A DNA stretch of 63,498 bases, the filler included, from Globobulimina sp. (taxonomy: Eukaryota): assembly GCA_003354225.1 (NCBI GenBank). It is 41 parts of 41 records of this genome, joined end to end, with 100 filler letters (N's around TTAATTAATTAA, not from the genome) between each part and the next. Parts side by side here need not be neighbours in the genome. Positions count along the whole stretch, not along the records: positions 60,499 to 61,948 come from PIVH01016481.1; positions 62,049 to 63,498 come from PIVH01016482.1; 39 more parts are not named here. One strand, 5' to 3'. This document shows positions 60,499 to 63,498 of this stretch, one piece after another (the first letter of the stretch is position 1; the number at the start of each line of letters is the position of its first letter). The notes beneath the pieces are model-generated. The model was not told where the DNA came from, did no database searches, and saw only the letters and a list, made by a program, of their open reading frames with translations. A program made the position numbers and the translations under genes.

Positions 60499-61948
60499 AC
60501 ATATTCTGAAAATGTTCTAGGAAAATGTTTCTGAAAATATTTCTCAGATTTCATGTGATGTTTCTATAATCCCTAATTCATAAAAAAAAACGAGAAAAAT
60601 TTCAAGCAATCTGAGTTATTGTCAGGGTGTGATGGGGCAGTTATTGTCAAGCAATCTGAGTTATTTATGGAATTTTGCATATATGTATCAATTAACAAAA
60701 GATATTCATTTTTCGTATGATAAAAGTCAAACATTACGTATGTTAAAAGAGCGATCATTTGAATTGTATGAAATAATTTATAAAAACCAAGATGATATTA
60801 CGAAAGAATTTGCGCATATATCAGATAATTGGCGCCTTGATCAAATATGACATAAACAGATATATAAAATCTATATTCAGAATAATCCGGTATATTTATT
60901 TATATATATGCTTGCGCAAAATCGCATCTCTATCATAGCTTTTAAACAGTGCAAGAAGAAAAAGAAAAGACCCGTGCCCGTGCCGGTATGTTTATGTATA
61001 CTCGCAAAATCCATCGCAACAAACATAGGTATAGGGATCTAATCTGCGTATTCTGAAATACGGCTTAGAAAATATCCCATATTAAAGTGCAAATTTCCAA
61101 GAAATATATACTATAAGAAGTAATTAGCATCCATGATGTCGTCAGACAGCCAGACAGTCAGACATGCAGACACAGTAAGCTTAAGGTGGTGTTGGTCGAA
61201 ACTGTCGCCCGAGTTAGCCGAGTTTAAGAAAATAGTTAGTTAGCAGTAGTCCAATGAGAACATCTAGTGACTGCTTTCACTTTGCGATCAACATATGCAA
61301 AGTTTAGATATGGAAATATTATACACCATGAGTTTACCAATGATATAAAGAAACAGTATTTATACATGTTCGATTGTAAGATGATGCCATAATAATATGC
61401 ATAAATAACATTGTTTGCAGGTTGTTTACTTTCTAGTAGCGATCCATATTTTGCTGCTCCTTCTTCAAACTCAGTATACAACAAAAAATCACGATTGGTG
61501 TATTTGGTTTATGGACGGTGCCTCATTGTCTGATGAGAAAATAATAAGATGCTGACATTCTTTGATAAACCAGCTAAAAACTGTCTGCTTTGATCAATTT
61601 AATTCAACATTGGAGCAGCGTACAGCATGGTACATCAACAAATCATGTGATGTATGATCATTTCCATGATTTGTAGTATTTAGAATTCATTTTTATTGCT
61701 GGTGTTCTTTCGTAAATTAGGGCTCTCCGATAAGTGCTGATTTTTTTTTCTGTTCGAAAAGGTTTTTTTTTTTTGGTACTGATCTTATCGAACACCTCAC
61801 ATTAGCTTTTATATCTATATACCAACAAAACATATTCTGAAAATGTTCTAGGAAAATGTTTCTGAAAATATTTCTCAGATTTCATGTGATGTTTCTATAA
61901 TCCCTAATTCATAAAAAAAAACGAGAAAAATTTCAAGCAATCTGAGTT
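60499..61948. repeat. Contig with identical 119-bp ends (1331-bp circular or tandem unit)
   Basis: 60499-60617 is repeated at 61830-61948. Confidence 0.9.
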
Positions 61949-62227
61949 NNNNNNNNNNNNNNNNNNNNNNNNNNNNNNNNNNNNNNNNNNNNTTAATTAA
62001 TTAANNNNNNNNNNNNNNNNNNNNNNNNNNNNNNNNNNNNNNNNNNNNATATATTTTTAATAATCTTATAATGCGTCTATATGTTTGTTGTTTAATTTCT
62101 TTATTCTCTTTCTTTTTACTTTTGCGTTATTACTTCTTTTTCTTCCTCTTCCACTTTGTGCCTTCTTCCGTGGCATTAGGCAGTTTATTTTTAATGGCCA
62201 AAAAAACACTATACTAGACATTCAATA

Positions 62228-63498
62228 ATGTCAACGTTCTTAACCACCGTCATTTCTGTCATCATTTGTCATCAAACATTTTCGCAAATGTGTGAATTAA
62301 ACCCAATCGGGCGATGGTATGGCCCTTCATTGAGCGATCATTTATATTGCAATCCCAACACAACATCCAACTCATTAGGAGGTTGCAGCAATTTTTATGG
62401 CTATGCAAATCCAAACTGGTACATATACACTGAAGGCCTTCCATATTTCTATCTCTATGCAAAGGACAATGGTCACTGTAACTCCTTCCCTACAGACAAA
62501 ACACTCTACGTTTTCCAGGTCGAATATGTTGCTGGAAACAATTATAATACATTAATAACATCAGATAGTGTTGAAAAGGATGAGTGGTTTGCTTCAAATC
62601 CAAATGATTATCATGGCATTTTAGGATTTTGTGCTGGTAATGACCCCAATGATGGTTACCATCGTTCATTACATCGACTGAGAAAGGGATCCGGTGCAAA
62701 TATAGATCATTTTTATACCACTGCAAAAAGTGAATATTCAGGTTTAATGGCTTCTGGTGATTGGAATGATGAAGGAATAGTTTGCTATGTTCGTAATGGT
62801 ACCATATTGCCTTCACTTCAGCAGTTTGGAATGATTAAAATGGATGGCTCGCACACGTATATTTGTGATGAATTGACAAATAATTTACATATTTGGTATG
62901 ATCTTAAATATGACGAATGTTTATATGAATGTTTACGGGAAGAAAATGGTGACTGTGTGATGATAAATTATATTTTGAATGCAAAACATGTATCTGACGT
63001 ATCACGATGTTATATATTTGATCATCAATGCAATGTAACGAAAATGGCTGATTCTGGCGACTCTGATGATAATATAGTTGCAATAAAAGGATATAATGAG
63101 GAATGTATTGATTATCCGTTGGATTGGAGTGATATTTATGATGATGAATGTTCTTATTATTCCGCATATTATTGGTGTTTAAATAAGTCAATTGATGATA
63201 ATCTCACAATTTCTTCTTTTCAAAATGATGCAATTTATGGATTAAATGCCATTCAAACTTGCTGTGAATGTGGTGGTGGAATATATCGTTTTTACAACAT
63301 AGAATTGGAATATTCAGTCTCATTCAATTCGGTTATTGGTATAAAGCGTAATTCACTGTGTGCAGCAAATTGGAATTTGGGTGATCCGAATGATTTGCAT
63401 TATTTTAATGGCAAATGGGATAATTTAAATGCATTTTCTTTATGTTCAAACATGAAACGCAACATTGTGCATAATTATCATTATATATTAATGGAGGA
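62228..63498 (+). CDS. Secreted multidomain protein (DUF5648-like + PAN/apple-like + CCxCGGG module), 3' partial
   Basis: Manual translation is open for ~423 codons (absent from the ORF track because there is no stop): MSTFLTTVISVIIC..., LHRL...DHFYTT...E...GDWNDEGIVCY, ECLYEC...C..INY...CY, TCCECGGG. Confidence 0.8.
   Translation, partial: MSTFLTTVISVIICHQTFSQMCELNPIGRWYGPSLSDHLYCNPNTTSNSLGGCSNFYGYANPNWYIYTEGLPYFYLYAKDNGHCNSFPTDKTLYVFQVEYVAGNNYNTLITSDSVEKDEWFASNPNDYHGILGFCAGNDPNDGYHRSLHRLRKGSGANIDHFYTTAKSEYSGLMASGDWNDEGIVCYVRNGTILPSLQQFGMIKMDGSHTYICDELTNNLHIWYDLKYDECLYECLREENGDCVMINYILNAKHVSDVSRCYIFDHQCNVTKMADSGDSDDNIVAIKGYNEECIDYPLDWSDIYDDECSYYSAYYWCLNKSIDDNLTISSFQNDAIYGLNAIQTCCECGGGIYRFYNIELEYSVSFNSVIGIKRNSLCAANWNLGDPNDLHYFNGKWDNLNAFSLCSNMKRNIVHNYHYILME

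Noticed and set aside
1-63498. Operon-like or gene-cluster system spanning contigs
   Set aside because: Contigs are ordered by length, so neighbourhood across linkers carries no biological information

Overview
This is not one genomic locus. It is 41 unrelated contigs of 1450-1452 bp, apparently sorted by length, joined by 100-nt artificial linkers (N-run/TTAATTAATTAA/N-run), so adjacency across linkers means nothing. Most contigs are AT-rich eukaryotic DNA with short GT-AG introns. The gene content (VAC14, WDR55, Arp10, SDS22, RBBP6, formin, LMBRD2, Patched-like, RCC1/BTB proteins, PT-repeat surface proteins) and style suggest a protist, by inference a foraminiferan (Rhizaria). Several contigs are chimeras with bacterial pieces (HlyD, DsbA/FrnE, AcrB, sigma70 promoter plus tRNA-Pro) or a piggyBac fragment, and several genes carry single frameshifts or stops. 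Both patterns fit a low-coverage amplified (MDA) assembly. Most notable: two paralogs of a divergent ADP-ribosyltransferase-like family, a ParB-like protein, a USP8/AMSH-type MIT + RING fusion, a recurring F-box-like motif, a 20-bp repeat array with variable spacers, a contig with 119-bp identical ends (1331-bp circle or tandem unit), and several TA-flanked foldback/MITE elements. All family calls come from motif recognition by eye; no searches were run.
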